Assembly (NCBI GenBank): GCA_951406725.2
Contig: OX597814.1
Coordinates: forward strand, 54,684,001-54,748,000
Source: Octopus vulgaris
Lineage: Eukaryota
Direction of reading: 5' to 3'
DNA length: 64,000 bases
A program made the position numbers and the translations under genes. The notes below the pieces were generated by a model that ran no database searches, had not been told where the DNA came from, and saw nothing but the letters and a program-made list of their open reading frames with translations. Of this stretch, positions 1 through 13,269 are shown one piece after another; position 1 is the stretch's first letter; the number at the start of each line of letters is the position of its first letter.

Positions 1-430
1 GTTACAGCTGACATGTTTACAGTGATGGTAATAAATTGCTTGAAGCCCCAACCTTATCACACTATCAACGTTTATTTATAATTTGATGTTGCATCTTCCG
101 GATAATAAACAAAATAAAATACATTAAGAGGGATAGTTAGCTTACCCCGTACTACTTAATAGCCAGCTGTATTTATATATAAAAAATGCAGTGCATTTTT
201 GTGTATTTATCAAATACCATAAACATCCCATTTCATGGTCTTCCGTTAAACTGTAATATTCCCCTTAGCTTATATGGCATTTATTTTACTTTCGGTTTTC
301 ATCAAAGACATCCATGGTGACAGTGAATAGAGGTTTAAATAAATAATATCTTATGTCTCATTCGAGGGATTACAGGGATTCTCCAGCATCCCAGCAAGCA
401 AATAAGTTGATAGCTTCATCCGTTAGAAGA

Positions 431-454
431 ACAACAACAACAACAACAACAACA

Positions 455-517
<63 letters not shown>
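431..517. repeat. Compound trinucleotide microsatellite (ACA)n(ACT)n
   Basis: Directly visible; produces the poly-T and poly-V artefact ORFs. Confidence 0.97.
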
Positions 518-859
518 GTGGCCTGTCTCACCATAAAGCGAGCTGGTGTGCCCACGAAACAGCGAAATGGGGTAGTCATGGCCAATTTGTGAATCTTCAT
601 CAGCCGAGGTATATCCTATAGAACCGTGTGCATGTTACTCAAAACTTAAGACAAGACATAAAAAAGACTGACCGGTGTGTTATATATCTGCCACAGATTT
701 GTGCAATGTAATACAAAAGTCACGATAAAGTATGTTAACGATAATGTATGTTAAGTATGTTGACGCCGAGCTAACCAAGAACGATATGCGTACGGCTGAC
801 CCAACATGGGTGTAATTTCCAGAGAGCAGACGCCTTATATTGGGGTTGCATCCATTCGT

Positions 860-1570
860 AGATTCAGAAATAAAACCATTAAGCTGATGGTACAGGTTAA
901 AAAGTCCAGTTAGTATGCGTACGAGATGAAGTCCATTGGAAGCTTTTCTATCGGAAGGCAGTGCAGGAACAGAGAAGAGAATGATATAAATTATAACAAT
1001 AGCAGGCCACAAACCTTCTTTCTCAGGATACCACTGTTCGTGGTTTTGGATGTGGCAAAAGAGAACACCTTGTCCTCATATCCAAGAGACGACGAACAAG
1101 AAACCGCTTACGAATCTGATAGGGGTCAAGCAACTAGAAAGTGGTGTACTAGGAAGCACAGACATCGCTTTTATAAGGACCATTGCATCGCCTTGCAACG
1201 ATGAAAAGAAGATAGAAAGGGAATACGGGGACACAAATTATTGGAGACATCAAAAGCAAAACGTTGAAGAGGAAGCCCAAGAGAAAGAACAGGCTCAGAA
1301 AGAAGGCATGCAAAACAACGAAGCGAGATCCATCAACCAGAAGACATCAAGATCAACCAGCCCATCTCTGTGATGTTTGCAGTGATGATAGCTTCTTTAA
1401 CGACTATAGGAACGCAACTGAGAAGGCACGAGATTGCGAAGAGAGGAGGGACGAGTATAAAAAAGAAAAGCTCAAAAGGTAGACTGTGAAAACCATAGTA
1501 ATAGTCTATTGGCAGCATTCAGAAAGACGTGGATCTTTCTCACTCCTATCGAATCCGACAACGAAGCTGC
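860..1570 (+). mobile_element. Highly degraded RTE-clade LINE 3' remnant
   Basis: Frame-shifted peptides QTFFLRI..WQKRTP, G..RKHRHRFYKDHC, NYWR, K/R-rich tract and CDVC resemble the RTE C-terminal order (TFHLRCLR/WQDRIPN, GRP.LRYKD.CK, WR, CxxC). Confidence 0.45.
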
Positions 1571-1829
1571 TCAGGACGAGGCGATTTTCACTACCATGAC
1601 ATACATAAGAAAGTGTTACTAAATACGAACCATTTTCTCTTCGATGCTCTGCTTATTCTACAAACCCACCGAAAACATAATATCAAGATAAGGGTAATAA
1701 ACTTGACGAATTCATCAAGCCATCACCCTGCAGTTTAGTCGGTAACGTTAAAATGTATGATGAGAAGTTCTGTACAGCAATAGGTAAGTTCCCGACATGA
1801 TGAAGCCACTTCAAGCTGAACCAATTTTA

Positions 1830-1870
1830 CTTACTCTAAGTTACTCTAGTTACTCTAGTTACTCTAAGTT
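1830..1870. repeat. Short minisatellite TTACTCTA(A)G x4
   Basis: ttactctaagttactctagttactctagttactctaagtt. Confidence 0.9.
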
Positions 1871-2284
1871 TCTTTTAGTCAAGAAACAGACGTCATAATT
1901 TTCTAGTCTGTCCCTAAAATGTAAGAATTTTGAGCACTGTCAGAACAAATGTTAAACCAGAGTTATTACGTTCTCCTGGTGATATTACACACACTGAATA
2001 AACAATAACCATTTGGTTCACAGCCAGAATGGATAAACAGCTGCTGACTAAGAAGATTTGAATTTGCCAAAGTACTTATAAAACTGCACCAAATTAAATG
2101 CCTACATTTTAAAAATGGGTTGGTATCAGTACTAATAAATAAATAAACACTTTTGAAATGTTGCCTACGTCTTTCCTGTTTATAACTAAAGATCAAGAAG
2201 AAAACAAAACTCAATCAGTTTGGAATATTTTCTTCGTCATTTCTAAAATGAATATTTCAGGTATTTCAATTATTATTTTTGTTA

Positions 2285-2483
2285 TTATTGGAAGAATTGT
2301 TAGAGCGTCGGAAAAAGTACTTAGCAGCATTTCTCCCTTCTCTGTACGTTCTGTGCTCAAACCTCGCTGTACTCCACTTTGCCTTTCATATTTCGGGGTT
2401 GATAAAATAAAGTACTCGACAAGTATTGGGGTCGATGTAATCGCTGTAAAACTGCTGATCTTGTGTGAAAATTAGAAAGAATT
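2285..2483 (+). mobile_element. tRNA-derived SINE family A (degraded)
   Basis: Core cctttcatatttcggggttgataaaataaagtac shared with other copies in the window. Confidence 0.75.
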
Positions 2484-2786
2484 ATTATCGTTATGATCTT
2501 AATGCCTTAGTGAGAAAAAGAAGGTAAACGCCTATGAATCTTCACAGGGCCTCCAAACAACTGCGATAAAGAGAGTAAAGTTATTTCCCTCTCCCGAGAG
2601 CTTTCAGTAGACTGGACTGCGCTAAAGTGACCCAATGGTCAAGCGGTGGTGTTTAATCGGATGATGAACGATAGTTACGGTTACTTTGACAGTTCTAGCC
2701 TTCCAAATTCTACCCACAAAGCACGTTGTTACGAAGCGAAGTTCTTAAGCACGCAAGCATGTCTGTACCATTATTAATGTAAGGTT

Positions 2787-2996
2787 TGAAGACAAGCCGG
2801 CAAAATCATTACTGTGCCAGACAAAATGCTTAGCTGCGTTTTTCCTGGCTTTGCATTCTGAATTCAAATTCTGAGGAGGTCGACGTTACCTTTCATCATT
2901 TCAGGGTCGATAAAGTAAGTACCAGTTGAGCACTGGGATCAATGTAATCGACTAGCACCCGGCCTGCAAATTTGAGGTCTGCCTATAGCAGAAAGG
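2787..2996 (+). mobile_element. SINE family A with 17-bp TSD
   Basis: Core cctttcatcatttcagggtcgataaa; attattaatgtaaggtt duplicated at 2770-2786 and 2997-3013. Confidence 0.85.
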
Positions 2997-3057
2997 ATTA
3001 TTAATGTAAGGTTATAATTGTAAAATATAATGTAAAACATCTAAGTCCACTTATTCA

Positions 3058-3150
<93 letters not shown>

Positions 3151-3232
3151 ATGAATACGTACATACATTCTTTCTCTCTTTCCCCTCTCCCTTTCTCTCT
3201 CTTTATATATATATATGTATGTATAAATATAA

Positions 3233-3271
<39 letters not shown>

Positions 3272-3294
3272 TGTATAATAGAAATAGGTTTTAA

Positions 3295-3567
3295 GGGAAA
3301 AAAGTAAAAAGAAAAAAAAGAAAATGCACATTGAATATAAAAAAAAATGAAGGCGTTTTATGGTTTGGAAATCGGTTCTCATTCAAAGTCAGTGAACAGC
3401 TTTTGACGATACCGGTATGACTGATTCTTTTAACAATTCATAATAATGACTCTTATACCTCTTAATTCTACCTCAGTTCGTCTAATTGTATATTTATATC
3501 ATTACTTTTCATAAAGCCTTTATTTTTTATATCCAATGTGCATTTCCTCTTTTTCTTGTTACTTTTC

Positions 3568-3569
<2 letters not shown>
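3295..3569. repeat. Degenerate ~65-bp inverted repeat pair between microsatellites
   Basis: 3295-3362 (gggaaaaaagtaaaaagaaaa..aaatgcacattgaatataaaa..aaggcgttttatg) is the approximate reverse complement of 3510-3569. Confidence 0.75.
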
Positions 3570-3624
<55 letters not shown>

Positions 3625-4146
3625 TATGTATACGATTCTGTACATTTCATAATAAATTGTTGTTACACATTATCGACACCAGAAGCATTTCGTAGCGTCA
3701 ACCATCCCAATAAGACATAAATACCTCTAGTTATTTTGTGCAGTACTTTACTCATTCTGATGTGAACCGTTTCTTTTAGATATCTTGAACATCTAAACTT
3801 AACTAGACAAATGTACAATTGTTTAAGTGAATAAGAGTTTTATACGAAAGAAAATTACTTTATTTCCTTAGAAGATCCGTTTTATATTATAGTGCAATAT
3901 TATAGTGTCATAATATTTATGGCCGACAGTGAACTAGTTTCTAATTTCACGTTAGTTTCTCCGAAAACGTCACACTTCTCTGCTTTCCTTTCTTCCATTT
4001 ATATATTTTTAACATTTCAGTTGGACTAGAGTTGTGTATATCTCAAATCATTATATCAGGTCGAAGGGGTCATAATACAGATTTATTCAATTTAAGTGAA
4101 TAGAAGGAGCATCTATGGGAAATCTTGCATTAGTATCTTTCCGTTA

Positions 4147-4364
4147 GGCGGCGATTTGGTTGAATCGTTTGCCCGTCGGGCAAAATGCTTAGCAGCATTT
4201 CGCCCGTCTGTACGTTCTGAGTTCAAATTCCGCCGCGGTCGACTTCGCCTTTCATCCTTTCGGAGTTGATAACATAAGTACTAGTTGAACACTAGGGTCG
4301 ATATAATCGACTTATCCCCCGCCACCTAAACTGCTGGCCTTATGCCAAAATTTGAATCCAATAT
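4147..4364 (+). mobile_element. SINE family A, full length
   Basis: ggcggcga head, B-box-like gagttcaaattcc, core cctttcatcctttcggagttgataa. Confidence 0.9.
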
Positions 4365-4437
4365 TTTTCGTAATTGAAAGAAATTGTTTTCAGATCGAAT
4401 CGAAGTTAGATCCTTGCCTTTTGTTGTACAATGCTGA

Positions 4438-5862
4438 TTAACTCTTGGCCTACCAGAGAAAATGTATGTCACTAATTACCAACTGGTAATTAATTAATTA
4501 AATTTTATTCAAACTACCACTATTTCTTAGCTACATCATATATGCTATCAGGTGAATGATAGCATATATATTCAAGTTCTTTTGCTAGGTCTTCAACAAC
4601 TCTTGAACCTTGATTTGTCTCTCTTCCTTTTACTGGGTATTTTCCAGTGTAGATTTGCATTTTCCAGGCATAAGATGCTTCACTGTCGCATATTGCCCAA
4701 ATTTTTATTCCATATTTCCCTGATTTTGAAGGAATATATACCCGGAATGGGCAGCACTCTCTGAATGAAACTAATTGTTCCTCATGAACTTGGAACATAT
4801 CCATCTTGCAAATTCTGATTTCACATTTCAAATACTTCTCTTATGGGCTCCAATTTATCATCACTTCTCTTTTTTCTTCTTGCACTAGCATCATCAAAAC
4901 GCAATACTTCCCGGGCTCATAATTTTGTTGAATATTGGGTGGCAATCTTCTTGACTCCATAACTGTGTGATATTTTCATGTTTAGATTTATAAACACCTA
5001 TAAAAATAATCAGTACAATAAATTTATTTAGTTCAAAGTGATCAATTTCCTTTCATTTATCTTTGTAAACAACCTGACCTTCAAAATTTATCCATTTACG
5101 AATTATTTCAAGAAGATTCTGGCGTATAAAGGTAGTAAAACATGTTTCAGTGCTATCAAAAGACCTTTTAGCAAAACACGATGGTCCACATTCTTGGCGC
5201 ACGATATTGCAAGATGAAGTTCTTACTGCTGCTTAAGAAGATTAGAATGCCAAACTTCTTGTCTGTCTCTAGAAACATGCTCATTCATAATTGGGTGGCT
5301 TGCAGATAATTGTTTTTTAGTATCTTCATCATCTGATGACACAGAACCTAAACTGTCCAGCATAAATCACTTTCGCTCTCATCTTCAGAGCAATAGAAGG
5401 AACCACAACTATCTTCTTCCCAGTCTTCATCTAATTCCAATAACCTTTCCGATATTTGGTCTTCCCTCAAGTTTTCACATCTAGGCATAATGGAAAGCAT
5501 AACTGAACTATATGAAACTTGATAGCAGGCCAAAGGCAGATATTGCTCTCATTTATACTCTCCTGAAAGATTATACAATATATTGTAAGAATTGCGTCAT
5601 CACAGAAATATTGTATCATCCTATAACCTAGGAGATTGAAGGTGATGCAATACCATACAAATTTACTGGAATATTTTCATAATTTTTTCCTATTTTATCT
5701 AAAAATCAGCAAATAAATTGAATACAATTTTATCTATTCTATATCTGATAAATATCTAATAAAATAATATTTGATACTGTTTTTATTCTGTTAATAATGA
5801 TAAGAGTATTGTCTGAATTTAATTTGAGGGTCTAATGGACCCATACGGTAATTAATGTATAA
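4438..5862 (-). mobile_element. piggyBac transposon remnant (internally deleted, frameshifted transposase)
   Basis: EEQLVSFRECCPFRVYIPSKSGKYGIKIWAICDSEASYAWKMQIYTGK (4520-4831 ORF); LIIFIGVYKSKHE..LWS and LRFDD..DKLEPIREVFE upstream; acidic N-terminus (5348-5533 ORF); TTAA at 4438. Exact termini uncertain. Confidence 0.9.
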
Positions 5863-6086
5863 AGTGAAAGTTTCTAGCTTTTATAAACATACGGAAAATT
5901 TACCATTTGAACAAAATACTTACACTTTGTGGCTAATGCGGCAAGCCATCTCATAGTGCATGATATAAAGCTCAGTAATCAGAAGCAGAGGCCATGAGCA
6001 ATGATTAAATGATAAACTGAGATGGCGAGTGACCACTTGTGAGAGGTGAAACATTTACAGATTGGTCTGATACTTAATTCCTGTAA

Positions 6087-6477
6087 TATTGATTTCAAAC
6101 TTTAGCACAATGCCAGCAATTTTGAGGAAGGAGTAAGTCGATTACATCGACCTAGTGCTCAACTGGTACTCATTTTATCGACCCCGAAAGGATGAAAGGC
6201 AAAGTCAATCTCAGCGGAATTTGAACTCAGAAAGTAAAGACGAACGAAATGCCACTTAGCATTTTGCCCAGCGTGCTAACGATTCTGCCAGCTCACCGCC
6301 TTGCTTTAATCTCTGTAACATTGATTTCGAATTTTGTCACATTTTGGGGGAGGGATAAGTCGATTATATCGACCCAGTGTTCGACTGGTACTTATTTTAT
6401 CGACCCCCAAAAGGATGAAAGGCAAAGCCGACCTCAGCAGCATTTGAACTCATAACTTGAAAACGGACGAAATGTCG
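6087..6477 (-). mobile_element. Two adjacent SINE family A copies (one inserted at the tail of the other)
   Basis: Two gaccccgaaaggatgaaaggcaaag-type cores; ttaat..ctgtaa.attgatttc duplicated at ~6074 and ~6306. Confidence 0.88.
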
Positions 6478-6494
6478 CTGCTGTGCTTTAATGC

Positions 6495-6745
6495 AGTGGA
6501 TTTGAAGTGCCAGAGCAATTGACGAGTCTCTACGTCAATGCTCGACCTGCTCGAAATAGCGGTCAAATTTCTTTCAATTCACATTCGTTTCATCCTAAAA
6601 ATGGAAATAGTACATTTGATGTGTATTCCGAGATACTATTTAAAAGACGAAATGATCATAGCTGGAACACATATGAGTATGGATGTGCTCGATCAGTATT
6701 GATCAGGGCTCAAGCAACAGCTCATAACATGTGCAGGTTGTTCAA
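6495..6745 (+). mobile_element. Dispersed repeat family C (SINE-like)
   Basis: tctacgtcaatgctcgacctgctcgaaatagcggtcaaatttctttcaattcac...gatcagggct; homologous copies near 7420, 12800, 14000, 41780, 42345, 57740 and 58750. Confidence 0.7.
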
Positions 6746-7681
6746 TAACATAACCGTCATCATTCCGCGTTTGCAATATAACATCATGCTTCAGAGATTA
6801 AAAAAACACGAAAACAAAATAACTTCCCTCATTAACTCATACAATTTCCTCTAAACTTTTTTTACATTCTATTTAGAGAAGTTAACATTCTGTACAACAC
6901 ATGTGCCTTAAATATTGTCTGTTTCTGACACAAAATTATAAACGCGTGAAACTAAATGTAACAAGAGTTTTACCATTGTTAATAAGTTGATACAATATTT
7001 CATTTAGTACATACATACAAAGTAAACAACAGAAAGAAAGAGAGAGAAGGAGTGGCAGGGAGAGAGGGAGGGAGGGAGAGAGAGGGAGAGAAAGAGAATA
7101 TATATAATAGTAAAGCTATCCTCAAATAAATCAACAAAAAGTGATGATATTAACGAAGATGAAATTTGGAGTGGGCTCAGCTAACTGTAAGCTAATATTA
7201 CTGTAAGATATTCATCGTTACCTACTAATAACCAATCTCGGACAATCATTATTTCTCATATTGTCGCTAACTGTCACAATTGAAACAGTCGATAATGTGT
7301 GTGTACCTAGGCATACTTCTTAGAAGAGGGATCCTTATTGCTCTAATGCCTTTCATCAAAGGTACAAATCAATTCGGGCTGACCTGCGGCTGAACAACAA
7401 AACCTGAAACTCAAAACTAACGAAGGAGTTTCTACATGGTTGTGCGACCTTCCAGAAATAGCAACTAAATTTCCCTCAGTTCACATATTACTCTCATGAG
7501 AATGGGAAAGAAAACATTAGATTATATATGCCATGCCTCTAGGATATAATTCTAAAAGATAGGATGGTCATAACTCGTGGTTCATTTGTAGAGCATGGGG
7601 TGCCAAAAAGTAGCAAAAATAACCAAAAAATAAAAATCTTTACAAAGCTCATACCAGATAACTACCAAGAAAGTACATTAG

Positions 7682-7683
7682 AC

Positions 7684-7769
<86 letters not shown>

Positions 7770-7814
7770 TCACACACACACACACACACGCACACACACG
7801 CACACACGCACACA
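7682..7814. repeat. (CA)n microsatellite
   Basis: Directly visible. Confidence 0.97.
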
Positions 7815-8525
7815 TTGAAGCGTTACTCGTTACCGTTTATAACTTGGTATTAACATGAACCAAACTTCCGCTAATGGTTTTTTAATATCCATGTAATCAC
7901 TTAAGAGACACAGACCCAAAGACTTGACCCTTTCTTCCCTATACCTCTCATCAGAACGAATATTTGAAAACATACATACATACATACATACATACATACA
8001 CACACACGCACACATATGCATACTTTATATTATATATATATATATATACATATACATATACATATATATATATGTGACGTACATATATGTATATATATAT
8101 ATATATATGTATATACCCCTAATTATTTTGCTTTCATTTTTTGTGATAGACAGGTAATGTGCAGAAAATCCCAGCTTCGAAGTCCTCTTTCCTGATTAGG
8201 TAAAATTGATTAAAGTTTAAACCTCAATAACGTTTTTCTACAACTTTTCTGGCACAAATAAATAACACAATCGGATTTAACGTGGAAAATTATTTCAGTA
8301 TACCATATTTGGAAATTATGACGTAATTTTAAAATCTCACAATATGTGTCAGCAACAGGGAAGGCTCTACAAAAGTAGAGAGACAGACAGTTATAGGACG
8401 TGACACACACACACGCGCACACATACATACAAACGCACACACACACTCTCTCTCACACATACATACACATTTACAAAGGTACACATAAGTAATCACGAGT
8501 TTAAAAGGGTGTATAGTAGACATAT

Positions 8526-9870
8526 GTTAGTTAGTTAGTTAATTTGGCTCAAAAGCAAATAGCAAAGCCATGTAGGGGGACATGGAGTTAAGTACAGGGT
8601 GGTGTTCATGTAAAGAGTTCAGGCCACTTGAGGTCCAGGGAGGCTTTGAACAAAGCGGTCGTCGGCATCTTCACCATCTCGTCTGGCAGCTTGTTCCACG
8701 GATCCGCAACCCGGACGGAGAAAGCTCCTCTCCTTCGATTGAGATGAAATCGTCGCAGGTAGAGCTTTTCGGAATGACCCCGCAGCCGACGCTCCGGAGC
8801 AGGAGTGAAGAACAGCTCTTTCGAGAGGTTACACTTCCCGCTTATGATGTTGTGGGCGAGAATGAGATCACCACGGCGGCGGCGTTTTTCAAGAGAACAA
8901 AGGTCGAGCGTCCTCAGCCTTTCTTCGAAGGACAAATGTTTGAGACCATGAACCATGCGGGTAGCCAGCCTCTGGACTCTTTCGAGGTGCTGTATGTCTT
9001 TGAGGAGATAAGGAGAAGAGGCTTGAATCCCATACTCCAATATGGGTCTCACCAGCGTAACATAGAGTGGCAGGAATATGGCTGCTGTGAGCATTCCGAA
9101 TGACCGTCGAATCAAAAACAGAATTCCGCGCGCTTTGTTGGCAGCATGGACGCACTGGGCCGAAGGCGAAAAGGAGGAATCCACCAAGATACCCAGGTCC
9201 TTTACCTGATCGGTCCTCTCCAGCAGCAGACGACCCGGCTCGAAATCAAGTTGAGTTGCAGGAGTAGAGCCGACAGGCAGATGACAGCACTTTGACACGT
9301 TCAGACACAGGTCCCAATCGTTAGACCACTTCCAAATTTGGTGGAGGCATCGACGAAGATCCTCTATACTACCGCGAGGAGCGACCAGTTTGATATCGTC
9401 GGCAAATAGAAGGGTGTGTTGCGTGAGGTCGTCGGGCAAGTCATTTATGAAGACTAAGAACAACAAGGGCCCAAGCACTGAACCTTGAGGCACGCCACTG
9501 CTCGCACTGGAGACGTCGGACCGCGAACCATTAACTTGAATTTGGAAGGAGCGATCTGAGAGGAAGGCACCAACCCATCGTACAATATCCGGATGGAAAC
9601 TATATGCTTGAAGCTTGACAAGTAGTAGGCGGTGGTTTACCGAGTCAAAAGCTTTGGCAAAGTCCAATAAAACGATGTCAACAGCATCACTATCATCGAG
9701 GATGCGCGTCACTAATTCTTCCATTACTAGTAAGTTGGTCAAGCATGATCTCTTCGGCACGAAGCCGTGTTGGGAATCAGTGATCGAGGCTGTGTTTAGG
9801 AGGTGGAGCATCATACTTTTCTTAAGGATGGTTTCGAACATCTTGCTGATTATTGATGTAAGGGAAACCG
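8526..9870 (-). mobile_element. 5'-truncated CR1/L2-clade non-LTR retrotransposon, young copy
   Basis: Uninterrupted RT ORF, ~65-nt 3'UTR and (TAAC)n tail (gttagttagttagtta on + strand); 5' end abuts a (TATG)n array; visibly GC-richer than flanks. Confidence 0.95.
8606..9870 (-). CDS. LINE ORF2 reverse transcriptase (RT plus C-terminal region, no endonuclease)
   Basis: PVSLTS, QHGFVPKRSCLTNLL, LDFAKAFDSVNH, SGVPQGSVLGPLLF, LLFADD, VKDLG, LYVTLVRPILEY, LERVQRLATR, WNKLP motifs with no stop codon; the HTYI N-terminus of the listed ORF is microsatellite. Confidence 0.93.
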
Positions 9871-10050
9871 GTATGTATGTATGTATGTATGTATGTATGT
9901 ATGTATGTATGTATGTATGTATGTATGTATGTATGTATGTATGTATGTATGTATGTATGTTTGTATGCATGTATGTATGTATATGCATACATGCATTCGT
10001 GTATGTATGTATTTACGTATGTATGTATATATATGTATATATGCATGTGT
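9871..10050. repeat. (TATG)n microsatellite with degenerate tail
   Basis: Directly visible. Confidence 0.97.
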
Positions 10051-10155
10051 GTGTCTTTGTGTGAGTGTTTCTTTGCGATGGACAGCAGAAAAGTTACCTA
10101 AAGTTACGTATTCCACACACACGCCTTTCTGTGAATCTATGCGTGTGTGTGTATG

Positions 10156-10200
<45 letters not shown>

Positions 10201-10533
10201 TGTATCTATATATTTACGAAAGTATGTATGCAGCGTGGCGTGTACATAACAGCTGCAGTAACGTCACTATCCCATTACCACTGCCGTTCTCACTTTCACT
10301 GATATAAGTCACCCTCTCTCTGTTACTACCTTTCCTTCAGACTAATACTTTTTAGAACTTTCTCATTTTGTCATATAATTCAGCCAACGCCCCTGGGGCT
10401 TATTATAGACTTTTAAGGAAATCGAATTAGCTTATTATTGAACTGGTTGCTAGTGTAACATGTACGCAAAGTTACGTGAATATTGGTTCGCTGGTTTAGG
10501 CACTAAGATGGCAACAAAGAGACAGAGATTATC

Positions 10534-10568
<35 letters not shown>

Positions 10569-10715
10569 TATGTATGTATGCAAACACACACACATATATA
10601 TACATACACACGTAGATATATACATATATATACATATATGTACATACATACATACATAAATATGTATGTATGTATACACACACACATATATATATACATA
10701 CATATATACACATAT

Positions 10716-10756
<41 letters not shown>

Positions 10757-10822
10757 CTGTGTGTGTATGTATTAATTGATAGTTAGATAGATAGATATAC
10801 ATATATAAAGATATACAATATA

Positions 10823-10950
10823 ATTTTCTACTCTAGGCACAAGGCACAAAATTTTGGGGGAGGGGTCCAGTCGATTAGATTGACCGCAATACGCAACTAG
10901 TACTTAATTTATCGACCCCGAAAGGATGAAAGGCAAAGTCGACTTCGGTG
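10823..10950 (-). mobile_element. SINE family A, 5'-truncated
   Basis: tttatcgaccccgaaaggatgaaaggcaaagtcgac core and tail. Confidence 0.85.
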
Positions 10951-11651
10951 GATAAAGATAAACAATATATATCCAATCATATACACACACAATACACATG
11001 AGTGTTTAAATGTATATTCACGTGCACATGTGAGTATATATATATGTGGGTGTGTGTGTATGTGTGTGCATGTGTGTGTGTGTGTATTCAAATGAAGGAA
11101 TATACTATATTGCAATACGCCTTGTGAATAACAAGCAACTTAGTTGATTGTTCTAAGTTCTGATCTCTGAAGCAGTTGGCAACGAATTTATAGCCACAAA
11201 CAACTTATTCCGAATAACTAATTTTTGCGCTGACTCATTCGAAAACATAAGGGAATTTAATGAAATACAGTTACGACTTACGGAAAGAAGCGTTTATGAA
11301 TCAATACCTAAATGTACTTCAGAATAAATATACGTCGACTAGATATACTAAACAATGTCTTAATTCATCAAAAGGATTGACAATGCCAACTCTGTATTTA
11401 TGTTCTATATGGCAAAAGGAAAACACAAGCTTGCTTTTAGTTAAGGAAACAACTGCCATTCAGTTCTCTAACCTCAGCTTTATAACTTTTCACGAACAGA
11501 TCAATTTTCAATTACGGCAACTTTCGAAACGATAGTTTCTCTTTATATAGTATTCTATAGAATAGCATTAATTCTAAATTTGGTAGGAGCTACCATGCAT
11601 ATAAAGTTTGAAACAGAACAGTTATATAAACTGAATGTCTTTATTTGTATA

Positions 11652-12553
11652 TAAGCAGAAGGACCCGGTTTCGCTCGGGTTATAAACTCATAGCCTTAAC
11701 ACAGTACTCTTTGCTTGTAGTGTAATTTGACACATTCCTTCTAGGCATGGTTAGATAAATATTACGTAAAAGACCCGTTCGTATCTCGGTATGAAATGAT
11801 TTTTTTACCAGAAGATTTTTTCGAGTGTATTCAACATATTTGGCCTCCAAACCTGCAGCAAACCACTTTTTTCCGGAAAAGAAGGTGGGGGTGGGGGCGG
11901 AGTTACCCACCAACGGAGTTTTGTTTCGCGGGTTTTTGTTTTTCTTTTCAGGTTATTTCTCATACTTTCAACGAATGTGACATCGAAATCGTGCGTAAAC
12001 GGCTCATTTCTCCATAAAAGGAAATATCCAAATACACCAGTGCAGCGTTTTTGTTTGACCCTTCAGCCTTTCTAATATTTTGATTATTTGTTGGTGTACA
12101 CAAATACACCGATACAGAAGACTGTAAACAATGAAAGTAGCTGTAGTACTTTTTTTGTACCAGACATCGTAACAACGGTAAATGCTAGACAGAATGGTTG
12201 ACAGAATGAAGAGAGAATGATAGAAATGTGACATTGTCGTCGTTGTATAAAACGTCCTTTACTATCTCGTACGTAACGAACTGGCAAACACACACATACT
12301 CACTGACACATACACATTCTTATACAAAATGTGACGTTGTCGCCATCGTGGTATAAAATGTCCATTACTATAGTCGACTATAGAAAGATTATTTTCGAGA
12401 AAATGTTATATTGTTTCAATCCATATGAAAATAAAAATTACATGTTGACACTCGTGGGGTATAATACTATTGTAAAATTTTATTTGATTTGGTGTAGCCG
12501 TATGAGACTGCATAGGGAACAGACTGACATACAAAGAATTTTATATATATTGA
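11652..12553 (-). mobile_element. Non-autonomous Helitron
   Basis: Minus strand begins a|TCaatatatataaaattctttgtatgtcagtctgttcc and ends with hairpin acccgagcgaaaccgggt followed by ccttctgCTTA|t (degenerate CTAG). Confidence 0.75.
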
Positions 12554-13269
12554 TTTGTTTTGAGTGGCGTTACTCGCGCTAAAGTAGAACATTTCTAACT
12601 TGTTAAATTGAATGATGAGTCAAACATCTCTACGTACACAACCACACGTTTGTAGAAGCTGTTCATGTCCATGAACATATTTACGTAATGATCTTAAATC
12701 TCTGCACAGACCCTCCATATTTTCGTTGTGCTTCAAATTTCACGCTACCGTCTTCAAAATATGTTATTTATTAGTTTATGACCTCATAAAGTTGAATTTG
12801 TTTAGCTCTAGATCAATAGTGATTAAGCAGACCTATGGTTAAAGGTATTCCAGCCGTGACTATCTCATTTTGGTTTCAGGAATTTAATACTTCGGACAAC
12901 ATTATAGAAATGTATCCCTTTGGAAGACGGTCGAGTATTGATAAAAGATATGTGAAAAGGTGGGGAATAATAACAGATATGTATACATCTAAAAGAAATT
13001 GAAATAAAGGAAAATCATGTGGAATAAAAGAAGCAAGAATGTAAACATATCGTTATGTATTGAATTGTTGGAGACACACTGAAAACGCAACGTCCATACA
13101 ATCTGTTTTAGTCTTGTCTGACGGAGAGAACAAATAAAAATCTAAAGGAGGATTTAATACAGTCTGTTTACGAAACAAGCGTTAGCTCTGCTTCTGCTTC
13201 TAATAAAAAAGAAATGTATTAGCATACGGCATCAATATACCATTGACATTAAATATATTTCTTTATAAT

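Noticed and set aside
8582-10064. Plus-strand ORFs 8582-9103 and 9615-10064
   Set aside because: Antisense shadows of the GC-rich LINE RT ORF
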